Below are positions 43,701 through 55,270 of a DNA stretch of 64,000 nucleotides, piece by piece (position 1 is the stretch's first letter; the number at the start of each line of letters is the position of its first letter). Origin of the DNA: the human T2T-CHM13v2.0 reference genome, Homo sapiens. The stretch is from NCBI RefSeq assembly GCF_009914755.1, contig NC_060925.1; one strand, given 5' to 3'. A program made the position numbers and the translations under genes. The notes below the pieces were generated by a model. That model made no database searches. It was not told the DNA's origin and worked only from the letters and a program-made list of their open reading frames with translations.

Positions 43701-46396
43701 TCGTGCCATGGTTTTCAGCTCCATCAGGTCATTTAAGGTCTTCTCTACACTGTTCATTCTGGTTAGCCATTCGTCTAATCTTTTTTCAAGGTTTTTAGCT
43801 TCCTTGAGATGAGTTCGCACATCCTCCTTTAGCTCAGAGAAGTTTGTTATTACCGACTTTCTGAAGCCTACTTCTGTCAGCTCATCAAAGTCATTCTCCA
43901 TCCTGCTTTGTTCCATTGCTGGCGAGGAGCTGCGATCCTTTGGAGGAGAAGGGATGTCAGGTTTTTGGAATTTTCAGCTTTTGTGCTCTGGTTTCTCCCC
44001 ACCTTTGTGGTTTTATCTACCCTTGGTCTTTGATGATGGTGACCTACAGATGGGGTTTTGGGGTGGATGTCTTTTTTGTTGATGTTGATGCTATTCCTTT
44101 CTGTGTGTTAGTTTTCCTTCTAACAGTCAGGTCCCTCAGCTTCAGGTCTGTTGGAGTTTGCTGGAAGTCCACTCCAGACCCTCAAACAGGGATTTCTTGG
44201 TGTTGCCTATTCTCTCCCATGTGTTTAAATCCAGGGAGAGGTGTATACATGCTTTCTTCCTATTTGTTGGTAGTATGTTGGCTAGTATTTTTGCAAGAAA
44301 AGAAATTGAAAAAGTAAATATATTATATCAAAATATTGGGAAAATGGGGCCCTTAATACACAAGATCTGTGTCTGCACTGCGTCAAGAACTCTCTTCACT
44401 TGAATGCTGCATGTAAAATTCAACCCAATTTATGCAAAGTAGTTGAAGCCCTGTGTCAGTTCTCTGTGCTGCAAGTCATGATGGTAGTTTACAGGGAGAG
44501 TCTGGGTGCCCTGAGTTGGCTCATCTGTGGCAAATGTACTGAGCACATGCTGCCCATTTTTGCTGTGTCCCCAGAGCAGTCACCCTCCACCCTGTATTTA
44601 GAAGGATAGTTTTATTTCTCTTGAAGGAAAAATGCCTTTGGTTTCTGTGACCACTCCATTCTGTCTCCCATCAGATCATCTGGGAGGTTTTGTTGTCTAA
44701 TGTCTGTTGGTTAAATCTTCTATCATCCCTGTCCTGCCTGGCTCATCAGGAATCTGCAGGAGTCTGAAGAGGAGGAAGTCCCCCAGGAGTCCTGGGATGA
44801 AGGTTATTCGACTCTCTCAATTCCTCCTGAAATGTTGGCCTCGTACCAGTCTTACAGCAGCACATTTCACTCATTAGAGGAACAGCAAGTCTGCATGGCT
44901 GTTGACATAGGCAGTGAGTACTCCATTGTGAAGGTGATAAAGCTCCAGTTCATGGCCCAGGTAGACCCCATAATCTTTGGGCCTTGTGCCCCTTGTTGGG
45001 CTGAGATTTGCCATCACCGTGGGCTGAACCTATATATCAATGTAGATTTCAATCACTCTGGAGTCGAGTCTGAAGCACAGGCATGGGGTGGGTCAGTGAG
45101 CTTTGCTCTCTTCCTAGTCTCAGGCCATGCCCGTGCCAACCTGGACTGACTGTCACGACATTGAACTCAAGGCAGGTGTGGCAAACTCACACCAAACTAT
45201 GCAGCACATGCCCAGGAGCTGTCTGTCAGCTCAGCTCATCTGAATTAAATGTCTCTTGCCAGCTACAAAATTCCTTATGAGTTTTGTTCCCAAAGCATGT
45301 CTGTGTGGTTCTTTACCTGCCCAAGGCCAGTGTCACCCTTGTCTACTTCTCAGTGAAAGATGTGACCCAGGTTTCACTGAATTTATTCCCATTTTCTGTG
45401 TCTTCTAAGTGCGCTTGTTTTAGCTCATCTGTCCATCATGTTCCTGGTACGTTTTCTAGATAAACGGCTGACTTTTCACCCACAAAAGCCATAATAGCTG
45501 ATGCTTCTGTGTAGAACCAAGTTTCATTTTGACTCAAGAGCTGGTACATTGCACCCCTTCATCAAATCTCTGTGTCCACAATCTCATAAACTATCAAATT
45601 CTGGGTATTTAATGAGAGAAAGCTTAATATTGAAGTATCTCTCCTATGAGGTGTTAGAACTATTTGCCTACAATTTATTGGGGAAAAAATTGCTCATTTG
45701 TGTACATAAACCTAGGACAGAGCACATAGGGAAGATAACATTCCAAAACAGGGGAATTTTGCCCAAGGCTCATGAAAGAACCCAAGCCAGTTTTCTCAAG
45801 ACTTGACCTCAGGCCTACTGGAATATTTCTCTCAAAGTCTCCTGTTCTCACACTGACAAGACTGATGTCCCTGTGTTAGGATTGGACAGAGGAATGTTTC
45901 TGTGTGCAAGGAAGAACTGCTTAATGTAAGAGGGCCCATCTGAATTTATTTGCAGGACATCGGTGGGATCAAGTGAAAAAGGAGGACCAAGAGGCAACAG
46001 GTCCCAGGTGAGTCTGAGAAATTGTGGACAGTTAATTTGATGTTGACACCTGGAGATGCCAAGTCCAGGGAAAACAGTACATGCTGAAAATAATGATTTT
46101 GTCTTGTCAGACAAGTCTGAATTATGCCTACTACATTGCTTTTTGGTTCTCATTAGAGTAAATGTTTAGGTTTCCATTTCTTCCTACACTTATCATTTAC
46201 TAACCTAGTGAAGGTTGACCATACCTCAAAAGCTGTATTCTCATGGTAACTGCAGGGAAACTTGAGCACATTTTATGCAAAATTATTGAGGACATGCTTT
46301 TCATGATCACTGTTCACTGTGTGTCCTGAGAGCACAAATACAGAGTGTCCTTTGATTCCCTCATCAGTGTGTCACCTGACCAATTCACTGAGCTCG

Positions 46397-46435
<39 letters not shown>

Positions 46436-49400
46436 TTTCTCTTTCATCCTTTTCTACCTGGCCCTAGTCTATCCCAACATAAAGGCAATAATTTGTTACC
46501 TCATTAATGGATCTGTCCTTTTTCTTTTCAAACTCTTCCTTATGTTAGCCATGAAATCTAGCTGGGACTGTGTGGTTTCTGATTCCCCCTGGCTTATTCT
46601 TTACTTTTTCCCACTTTTCCAGGCTCAGCAGGGAGCTGCTGGATGAGAAAGAGCCTGAAGTCTTGCAGGACTCACTGGATAGATGTTATTCAACTCCTTC
46701 AGGTTGTCTTGAACTGACTGACTCATGCCAGCCCTACAGAAGTGCCTTTTACGTATTGGAGCAACAGCGTGTTGGCTTGGCTATTGACATGGATGGTGAG
46801 TACCTTTCTATGAAGGTGATAAGGATCCACTGAGTCTTCTGGTTAGGGTCATATTCCTACTGCAAGTGGCCCTTACTGAGCTGAGAGATGTCATTGCCAC
46901 AGGGAGGACCTATAGGCACATGTAGGTTGAATGAAACTCTAGTTCCACTTGGAAGCCCAGACAAGGGATGGATCAGTGAGCAAGGCTCTCTTCCTAGTCT
47001 CAGGCCATGCCTGTGGCGCCCTAATCCTACTCTCATGACGTTGGACCTGGGCAGATGTGACAAATTCACACAACTCTGATTTTGTCTCAATTTTGTAGAT
47101 CTTGTAGATTTCATCCTTCACTCTAATTTCAGCGTCTAAAATCCTTGCTACCATGAACAATCTGAGTATTTGATGAGACAGGGCTGAATAGTGCAGTTTT
47201 TCTCCTAGCAACCATTTGGGGGCATTTGCTTTAAATCGATTGGAAAAATATGGCATAACCATTTGCACAAACTTGGGACAAATGATATTGGGATAACGAT
47301 CTACCAGAATAGGGAATTTTACCCACAGTTTCTGGGACAAAAACCAAGGAATCTCTATGGTGATCAGCCTTCAGGCCTCTTGAAGAATATCTCTCACAGT
47401 GTCCTATTCTCATGCTGAGGAGCCTGAAGTCCCTGTGTGAGGATTAGACAGTGGATTGTTATGTGTGTAGGAGAACCAGCTTAATATGTCTGTCCATGTC
47501 TGAACTTATTGCAGAAATTGAAAAGTACCAAGAAGTGGAAGAAGACCAAGACCCATCATGCCCCAGGTAACTTTGAGCAATTATGGATGCTTAATTGTGT
47601 GTTGACACCTGGAGATGCCAGGTCCAGGGAAAACAAGAGTGTGTTCAATTTCATGTTTTCAACGAAGGTTGAATTACTCCTCCTGACATTGCTGTTGGTT
47701 TTCATTGCAGTAGATGTTTAGGTTTCCATTTCTTCCTCCCCTTATCATTTACTAACTTACTATAGGTTGACCATACCTCAAAGGCTGTATGGCAACTGCA
47801 TGGAATCTTGAGCAAGTTTATGGAAAATTATTGAGCCCACTCTTTTCATGACCACTGTTCGTTGTGTGTCCCGAGCGCACTAACTCAGAGTGTCCTTTGA
47901 CCCCTTCATCAGTGTGTCACCCGGCCAATTCGCTGAGCTCACTTTCTCCTCTCTCTCTCTCTCCCTCTCCCTGTCTTTCTCTTTCATTCTTTTCTACCTG
48001 GCCCTGGTCTATCCCAACATAAAGGCAATAATTCATTACCTCATTAATGGATCCGTCCTTTTTCTTTTTAAACAGTTCCTTATGTTAGCCATGAAATCTA
48101 GCTGGGGCTGTGTGGTTTCTGATTCTCCCTGGCTTATTCTTTACTTTTTCCTACTTTTCCAGGCTCAGCAGGGAGCTGCTGGATGAGAAAGAGCCTGAAG
48201 TCTTGCAGGACTCACTGGATAGATGTTATTCGACTCCTTCAGATTATCTTGAACTGCCTGACTTAGGCCAGCCCTACAGCAGTGCTGTTTACTCATTGGA
48301 GGAACAGTACCTTGGCTTGGCTCTTGACGTGGACAGTGAGTACCTTACTGTGAAGGTGATAAGCCTCCACCTGGTCTTCCAGATAGGGGTGATATTCCTG
48401 TTCCAAGTGGCCCTTACTGACCCGAGAGATGTCATTGCCGCAGGCAGGACCTATGGGCGCATAAAGGTTGTAATGAAACTGTAGTCTCAGTTGGAAGCCT
48501 AGACATGAAATGGGTCAGTGAGCAAGGCTCTATTCCTAGTCTCCAGCCATGCCTGTGGCAAGCTGAGCCCGCTCTCAGCACATTGGACCCAGGCAGATGT
48601 AAAAAATTCACAGAAGTATGATTTGGACTGAAGGGTTTGTAGATTTCCTCCTTCATTCTAATTTCAGTGTCTAAAATTCTTGCATCCATGAACGAGCTGG
48701 GCATTTGATGAGACAGGGCTGAATACTGCAGTTTTCCTCCTAGAAATCATCTGGGGCATTTTCTTTGAACTGATGGGAACAATAAGGCATAACTGTTTGC
48801 ACAAACTTGGGATAAATGATTTTGGGATAACGATCTACCAGAATGGGGATATTTCACCCTTGGTTCTGAGATGCAAACCAAAGAATATCATGACCAGCTT
48901 TCAGGCCTCCTGAAGTATCTCTCTCACATTGTCCTGTTCTCATGCTGAGAAGCCTGAGATCCCTGTGTGGGGATTAGACAGTGGACTGTTATGGGTGTAG
49001 GTGAATTGGCTTATTTTGTCTGTCCCTGTCTGAATGTATTGCAGGAATTAAAAAGGACCAAGAAGAGGAAGAAGACCAAGGCCCACCATGCCCCAGGTAA
49101 CTGAGCAATTGTGAACAGCTACTTCTGTGTTGACATCTGGAGACTCCTGGTTCAGGGAAAACAGAGCGGGCTGACATTATCGATTACATCTTTTCCAGCA
49201 AGCCTGAATTATTCCTACTAACATTGCTGTTGGTTTTCATTGCAGTAGATATTTAGGTTTCCATTTCTTCCTCCCCTTATCATTTACTAACCTACTGTAG
49301 GTGGACCAGACTTCAAAAACTGTATTCTCATGGCGACTGCATGGAAACTTGAGCACATTTTATGGAAAATTATTGAGCACAGTCTTTTCATGATCACTGT

Positions 49401-49503
49401 ATGCTGTGTGTCCTGAGGGCACTAACTCAGAGTGTCCTGTTACTCCCTCATCAGTGTGTCACCTGGACAATTCACTGAGCTCGTTCTCTCTCTCTGTGTG
49501 TGT

Positions 49504-49552
<49 letters not shown>

Positions 49553-51124
49553 TATCTGTCTTTCTCTTTCATTCTTTTCCATTTGGCCCTGTTCTGTCCC
49601 AACATGAAGGCAATAATTTGTTACCTCATTAATGGATCTATCCTTTTAGTTTTTTAACCACTTCCCTATGCTACCCATGAAACCTAGTTGGGGCTCTGTT
49701 GTGTCTGATTTCCCCTGGCTTATTCTTTACTTTTTCCTCCTTTTCCAGGCTCAGCAGGGAGCTGCTGGAGGTAGTAGAGCCTGAAGTCTTGCAGGACTCA
49801 CTGGATAGATGTTATTCAACTCCTTCCAGTTGTCTTGAACAGCCTGACTCCTGCCAGCCCTATGGAAGTTCCTTTTATGCATTGGAGGAAAAACATGTTG
49901 GCTTTTCTCTTGACGTGGGAGGTGAGTACCTTTCTATGAAGGTGATAAGGATCCACTGAGTCTTCCATATAAAGATCATATTCCTGCTCCAATTGGCCAT
50001 TACTGAGCTGAGAGATGTCATTGCCGCAGTGAGGACCTATAGGCACATGTAGGTTGAATGAAACTCTAGTTCTACCTGGAAGCCCAGACAAGGGATGGGT
50101 CAGTGAGCAAGACTCTCTTCCTAGTCTCAGGCCATGCCTGTGGCACTCTGATTCTACTCTCATGACATTGGACCTGGGCAGATGTGACAAATTCAGAGAA
50201 CTATGATTTTGACTCAAGGGTTTGTAGATTTCCTTTTTCACTCTAATTTCAGTGTCTAAAGTCCTCACAACCATGAACAATCTGAGTATTTGATGAGACA
50301 GGGCTAAATATTGCAGTTTTTCTCCTAGAAATCATTTGAGGGTATTTGCTTTAAATTGATTGGAAAAATATGGCATAACTGTTTGCACAAACTTGGGACA
50401 AATGTTATTGGGATAACGATCTACTAGAATAGGGACACTTTACCCACAGTTTCTGGGAGAAAAACTGAGGAATTTATATCATGACCAGCCTTCAGACCTC
50501 CTGAAATATATCTCTCATGGTGTCGTATTCTTATGCTGAGGAGCCTGAGGTCCCTGTGTGAGGATTAGACAGTGGATTGTTATATGTGTAGGGGAATCAG
50601 CTTAATGTGTCTGTCCATGTCTGAATTTATTGCAGAAATTGAAAAGAAGGGGAAGGGGAAGAAAAGAAGGGGAAGAAGATCAAAGAAGAAAAGAAGAAGG
50701 GGAAGAAAAGAAGGGGAAGATGACAACCCACCATGCCCCAGGTAACTTTCAGCAATTGTGGATGCTTAATTCTGTGTTAACACCTGGAGGCAACAGATTC
50801 AGGGAAACCAGAGTGTGTTTGATGTCATGTTTTCAACGAAGGCTGAATTACTCCTACTGTCATTGCTGTTGGTTTTCATTGCAGTAGATGTTTAGGTTTC
50901 CATTTCTTCCTCCCCTTATCATTTACTAACGTACCATAGGTTGACCATACTTCAAAAGCTGTACTCTGATGGCCACTGCATCAAATTTTGAGCATATTTT
51001 ATGGAAAACTATTGAGCTCACTCTTTTTGTGATCACAGTTTGCTGTGTGTCATGAGGGCACTAACTCAGAGTGTCCTTTTACTCCCTTACCAGTATGTCA
51101 CCTGGGCAATTCACTAGCTCACTT

Positions 51125-51157
<33 letters not shown>

Positions 51158-51598
51158 GTCTTTCTCTTTCATTGTTTTCTACCTGGCCCTGTTCTATCCC
51201 AACATAAAGGCAATAAATTTTTTTTTTTTACCTCATTAATGAATCTATCCTTTTTCTTTTCTAACCACTTCCTTATATTACTTCTGAAATCTAGTGGGGC
51301 TCTGTGGTGTCTGATTTTCCCTGGCTGCTTCTTTAGTTTTGTCTCCTTTTCCAGGCTCTACGGCGTGCTGATGGAAGTGGAAGAGCCTGAAGTCTTACAG
51401 GACTCACTGGATAGATGTTATTCGACTCCGTCAATGTACTTTGAACAACCTGACTCATTCCAGCACTACAGAAGTGTGTTTTACTCATTTGAGGAAGAGC
51501 ATATCAGCTTCGCCCTTTACGTGGACAATAGGTTTTTTACTTTGACGGTGACAAGTCTCCACCTGGTGTTCCAGATGGGAGTCATATTCCCACAATAA
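34610..51598 (+). CDS. NBPF15: Neuroblastoma breakpoint family protein, 670 aa, 6 Olduvai (DUF1220) domains; spliced CDS of 15 exons
   Basis: Exon lengths 175+103+215+73+206+52+164+52+173+52+173+52+173+106+244 = 2013 nt, open throughout, all introns [31 protein letters not shown]...[24 protein letters not shown]...[13 protein letters not shown] and the 670-aa length match my recollection of NBPF15; a near-identical duplicate copy cannot be excluded. Confidence 0.88.
35332..35640 (+). mobile_element. AluS
   Basis: Alu consensus with A/(AAT)n tail. Confidence 0.88.
36566..36668 (+). CDS. NBPF15: NBPF coding exon 2 (coiled-coil)
   Basis: [35 protein letters not shown]; CTCAG| acceptor and AG|GTGAGG donor. 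Confidence 0.93.
37504..37718 (+). CDS. NBPF15: NBPF coding exon 3
   Basis: [38 protein letters not shown]...VQKLSP; donor G|GTAAGG. Confidence 0.93.
38760..38832 (+). CDS. NBPF15: NBPF coding exon 4 (CON1 small exon)
   Basis: [25 protein letters not shown]. Confidence 0.92.
39297..39502 (+). CDS. NBPF15: NBPF coding exon 5 (CON1 large exon)
   Basis: [34 protein letters not shown]...DAVHIIP. Confidence 0.93.
40092..40356 (-). mobile_element. AluS (5' truncated)
   Basis: T tail followed by antisense Alu ending GGCCTCCCAAA. Confidence 0.88.
40789..40840 (+). CDS. NBPF15: NBPF coding exon 6 (CON2 small exon)
   Basis: [18 protein letters not shown]. Confidence 0.92.
41081..44182 (-). mobile_element. 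Internal L1PA fragment (end of 5'UTR, ORF1, ORF2 endonuclease), split by a nested L1
   Basis: ORF track: ORF1-like [16 protein letters not shown].. (43515-43916) and ORF2 [23 protein letters not shown].. (41760-42182) plus GDFNTPLS. Flanked by a 17-bp direct repeat CAAACAGGG(T/A)TTTCTTG at 41064-80 and 44183-99. Confidence 0.9.
42461..43184 (+). mobile_element. Nested 5'-truncated L1PA (ORF2 C-terminus and 3'UTR) with extended tail
   Basis: ..[25 protein letters not shown]..; L1 3'UTR; TSD AAGAA(G/T)GTTGAA at 42449-60 and 43185-96. Confidence 0.92.
44750..44913 (+). CDS. NBPF15: NBPF coding exon 7 (CON2 large exon)
   Basis: [54 protein letters not shown]; donor GCA|GTGAGT. Confidence 0.93.
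45956..46007 (+). CDS. NBPF15: NBPF coding exon 8 (HLS1 small exon)
   Basis: [18 protein letters not shown]. Confidence 0.92.
46623..46795 (+). CDS. NBPF15: NBPF coding exon 9 (HLS1 large exon)
   Basis: [57 protein letters not shown]. Confidence 0.93.
47515..47566 (+). CDS. NBPF15: NBPF coding exon 10 (HLS2 small exon)
   Basis: [18 protein letters not shown]. Confidence 0.92.
48163..48335 (+). CDS. NBPF15: NBPF coding exon 11 (HLS2 large exon)
   Basis: [57 protein letters not shown]; donor ACA|GTGAGT. Confidence 0.93.
49045..49096 (+). CDS. NBPF15: NBPF coding exon 12 (HLS3 small exon)
   Basis: [18 protein letters not shown]. Confidence 0.92.
49749..49921 (+). CDS. NBPF15: NBPF coding exon 13 (HLS3 large exon)
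   Basis: [57 protein letters not shown]. Confidence 0.93.
50636..50741 (+). CDS. NBPF15: NBPF coding exon 14 (CON3 small exon, polybasic)
   Basis: [36 protein letters not shown]. Confidence 0.92.
51355..51598 (+). CDS. NBPF15: NBPF coding exon 15 (CON3 large exon plus C-terminal tail)
   Basis: [80 protein letters not shown]. Confidence 0.93.
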
Positions 51599-53200
51599 GC
51601 AGCTCTTACTAAGCCGAGAGATGTCATTCCTGCAGGCAGGACCTATAGGCACGAGAAGATTTGAATGAAAGTACAGTTCCATTTGGAAGCCCAGACATAG
51701 GATGGGTCAGTGAGCATGGCTCTATTCCTATTCTCAAACCATGCCATTGGCAACCTGTGCTCAATCTGAAGACAATGGACCCATGTTAGGTGTGACACGT
51801 TCACATAACTGTGCAGAACATGCCGGGAGTGATCAGTCAGACATTTTAATTTGAACCACGTATCTCTGGGTAGCTACAAAATTCCTCAGGGATTTCATTT
51901 TGCAGGCATGTCTCTGAGCTTCTATACCTGCTCAAGGTCATTGTCATCTTTGTGTTTAGCTCATCCAAAGGTGTTACCCTGGTTTCAATGAACCTAACCT
52001 CATTCTTTGTGTCTTCAGTGTTGGCTTGTTTTAGCTGATCCATCTGTAACACAGGAGGGATCCTTGGCTGAGGATTGTATTTCAGAACCACCAACTGCTC
52101 TTGACAATTGTTAACCCGCTAGGCTCCTTTGGTTAGAGAAGCCACAGTCCTTCAGCCTCCAATTGGTGTCAGTACTTAGGAAGACCACAGCTAGATGGAC
52201 AAACAGCATTGGGAGGCCTTAGCCCTGCTCCTCTCAATTCCATCCTGTAGAGAACAGGAGTCAGGAGCCGCTGGCAGGAGACAGCATGTCACCCAGGACT
52301 CTGCCGGTGCAGAATATGAACAATGCCATGTTCTTGCAGAAAACGCTTAGCCTGAGTTTCATAGGAGGTAATCACCAGACAACTGCAGAATGTAGAACAC
52401 TGAGCAGGACAACTGACCTGTCTCCTTCACATAGTCCATATCACCACAAATCACACAACAAAAAGGAGAAGAGATATTTTGGGTTCAAAAAAAGTAAAAA
52501 GATAATGTAGCTGCATTTCTTTAGTTATTTTGAACCCCAAATATTTCCTCATCTTTTTGTTGTTGTCATGGATGGTGGTGACATGGACTTGTTTATAGAG
52601 GACAGGTCAGCTGTCTGGCTCAATGATCTACATTCTGAAGTTGTCTGAAAATGTCTTCATGATTAAATTCAGCCTAAACATTTTGCCGGGAACACTGCAG
52701 AGACAATGCTGTGAGTTTCCAACCTCAGCCCATCTGCGGGCAGAGAAGGTCTAGTTTGTCCATCACCATTATGATATCAGGACTGGTTACTTGGTTAAGG
52801 AGGGGTCTAGGAGATCTGTCCCTTTTAGAGACACCTTACTTATAATGAAGTACTTGGGAAAGCGGTTTTCAAGAGTATAAATATCCTGTATTCTAATGAT
52901 CATCCTCTAAACATTTTATCATTTATTAATCCTCCCTGCCTGTGTCTATTATTATATTCATATCTCTACACTGCAAATTTTGGGTCTCAATTTTTACTGT
53001 GCCTTTGTTTTTACTAGTGTCTGCTGTTGCAAAAAGAAGAAAACATTCTCTGCCTGAGTTTTAATTTTTGTCCAAAGTTAATTTTAATCTATACAATTAA
53101 AACCTTTTGCCTATCACTCTGGACTTCTGGATTGTTTTTTACATTCAGTGTTATAATATTTGATTATGCTGATTGGTTTTGGTGGGTACTGATGCGAATT

Positions 53201-53206
53201 AATAAA
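53201..53206 (+). terminator. Probable poly(A) signal of the NBPF gene
   Basis: AATAAA ~1.6 kb after the stop, followed by T/GT-rich downstream sequence. Confidence 0.65.
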
Positions 53207-53739
53207 AACATTTCATTTCCATGTTTATTTTCTAATCTCTTCCACATTGTAGGCTATGTTTACCATACGTAGCAGAATGTATTTACATTTCTTGGTTCTA
53301 GTCATTTGTATTCTTCGTGAGTGTGAGTGTGTGTGTGTCTGTGTGTCTGCGTGTGTGTCTGTGTGTGCCTTTGGCATTTAGGAAGGGTTGTATAGCTCAT
53401 GTTAAATATTGCACTAAAAATGTTTTTGATGGTTTTCCTCCCTTTGAACTAGACACACTTCTAATATTTGGTTTATAGTTTTAAATTATAACTTTCAGCA
53501 TCAAATATTTCCATACAACAGTCAATTACATGATGTGTTTTCTTTTTCCTACCTCCTTTACCTGCCCCTTCTCATAATAGTATTTGAACCTAAACATATA
53601 CCGTTGACATTCTGTGATTATCATCTTGCCCCTACCTTGGTTTTGGTTTTTGGTGCAGTTCCAGGCTCTTGGTGTCTTTGTTTGGGACACCAAGAGCCTG
53701 GTACTGCACGGCACCAGCTGGTAAGAATTAGGCTTTTTT

Positions 53740-54091
<352 letters not shown>

Positions 54092-54617
54092 TCACCACTG
54101 TTACCAACCAACGGCCTGATGCTTTCCCTCAGTTTTGTGATTTTGACAAAACAAGCAAGCAGCATTCCCTCCTGATAAGAGACCACCGACCTAGGAATGA
54201 TTCTGGCCAGACTAGAGAGGATGCACAGTGAGGGTTTTCATGTCCTCTGCTTCAGCTTTTGATGTCAGAGGGCCACAAACTCCACTCTCAGATGATTGCT
54301 AATGCCACCATTTTATGAACATGGACCCCATGGAGAGGCACGAAGCTCAATTGCACTTCTGCACATTTTTCCTCCTATAAATATTGCTATTGGAATATTA
54401 TTTGGTACGGCTCCCGTGAAAGATACATTTGCAGAATGTACTCAAATTAGAAGCATCATGTAAAGCCTATAATGTAGCGATAGTGCATCAACTTCCCTAC
54501 ACTATAGAAATATCTGCGGTGTAGACATTTCCACAATGACCAGATATGTGTACAACAAAGGTGGCTGCAGCATTCTTTGTAATCCTAAAACAATGAAACC
54601 TACCTCATCTCAAAAAC

Positions 54618-54816
<199 letters not shown>

Positions 54817-55270
54817 TGAAAAGGGTTAAATAAATCATGCACAAACTGAGGAAAAATACTCTTCAAAAATGATGGAGAGGATCACTATGATGATGAATGA
54901 TTCCACTGGTCACATTATTGATAGAGCAATCAGTAAATCCAGGCACATCCTCGGGATATTACTGACCTCCTATTATTAACATATGAAAAAATGGAGGCAT
55001 GTAAATTACTCGTTTAAGCGTATAACGGACTGAATTAGAATTTTATCACACCAGAAGTGGGTTCCTAGGTCTCTGTTTCAGGATTCCTGAGTTACACACA
55101 TATAAACCCAGGATTTCAGGAGATACCCGGTTAAGAATCCGGTCGGGGAGGTGGGCTGGCCCTTGACATGGATAAGTCACAAATTAGTGGCTTAGGACTC
55201 CAGGAAGATAAAATCTTCCCCATTTATCTAGTGATTGACAATGCATGAATACTTTAAAAGCTCAAACAAG

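Larger units (their letters stand above)
45900..52047 (+). repeat. Tandem array of ~1.55-kb Olduvai units (small exon, intron with microsatellite, large exon, intron)
   Basis: Large exons start at 46623, 48163, 49749 and 51355; introns are mutually homologous; a microsatellite occupies the same slot in each unit. Confidence 0.92.

Noticed and set aside
41485-43916. L1 ORF1/ORF2 as an active element
   Set aside because: Frameshifted, truncated at both ends, lacks reverse transcriptase and is split by a second L1.
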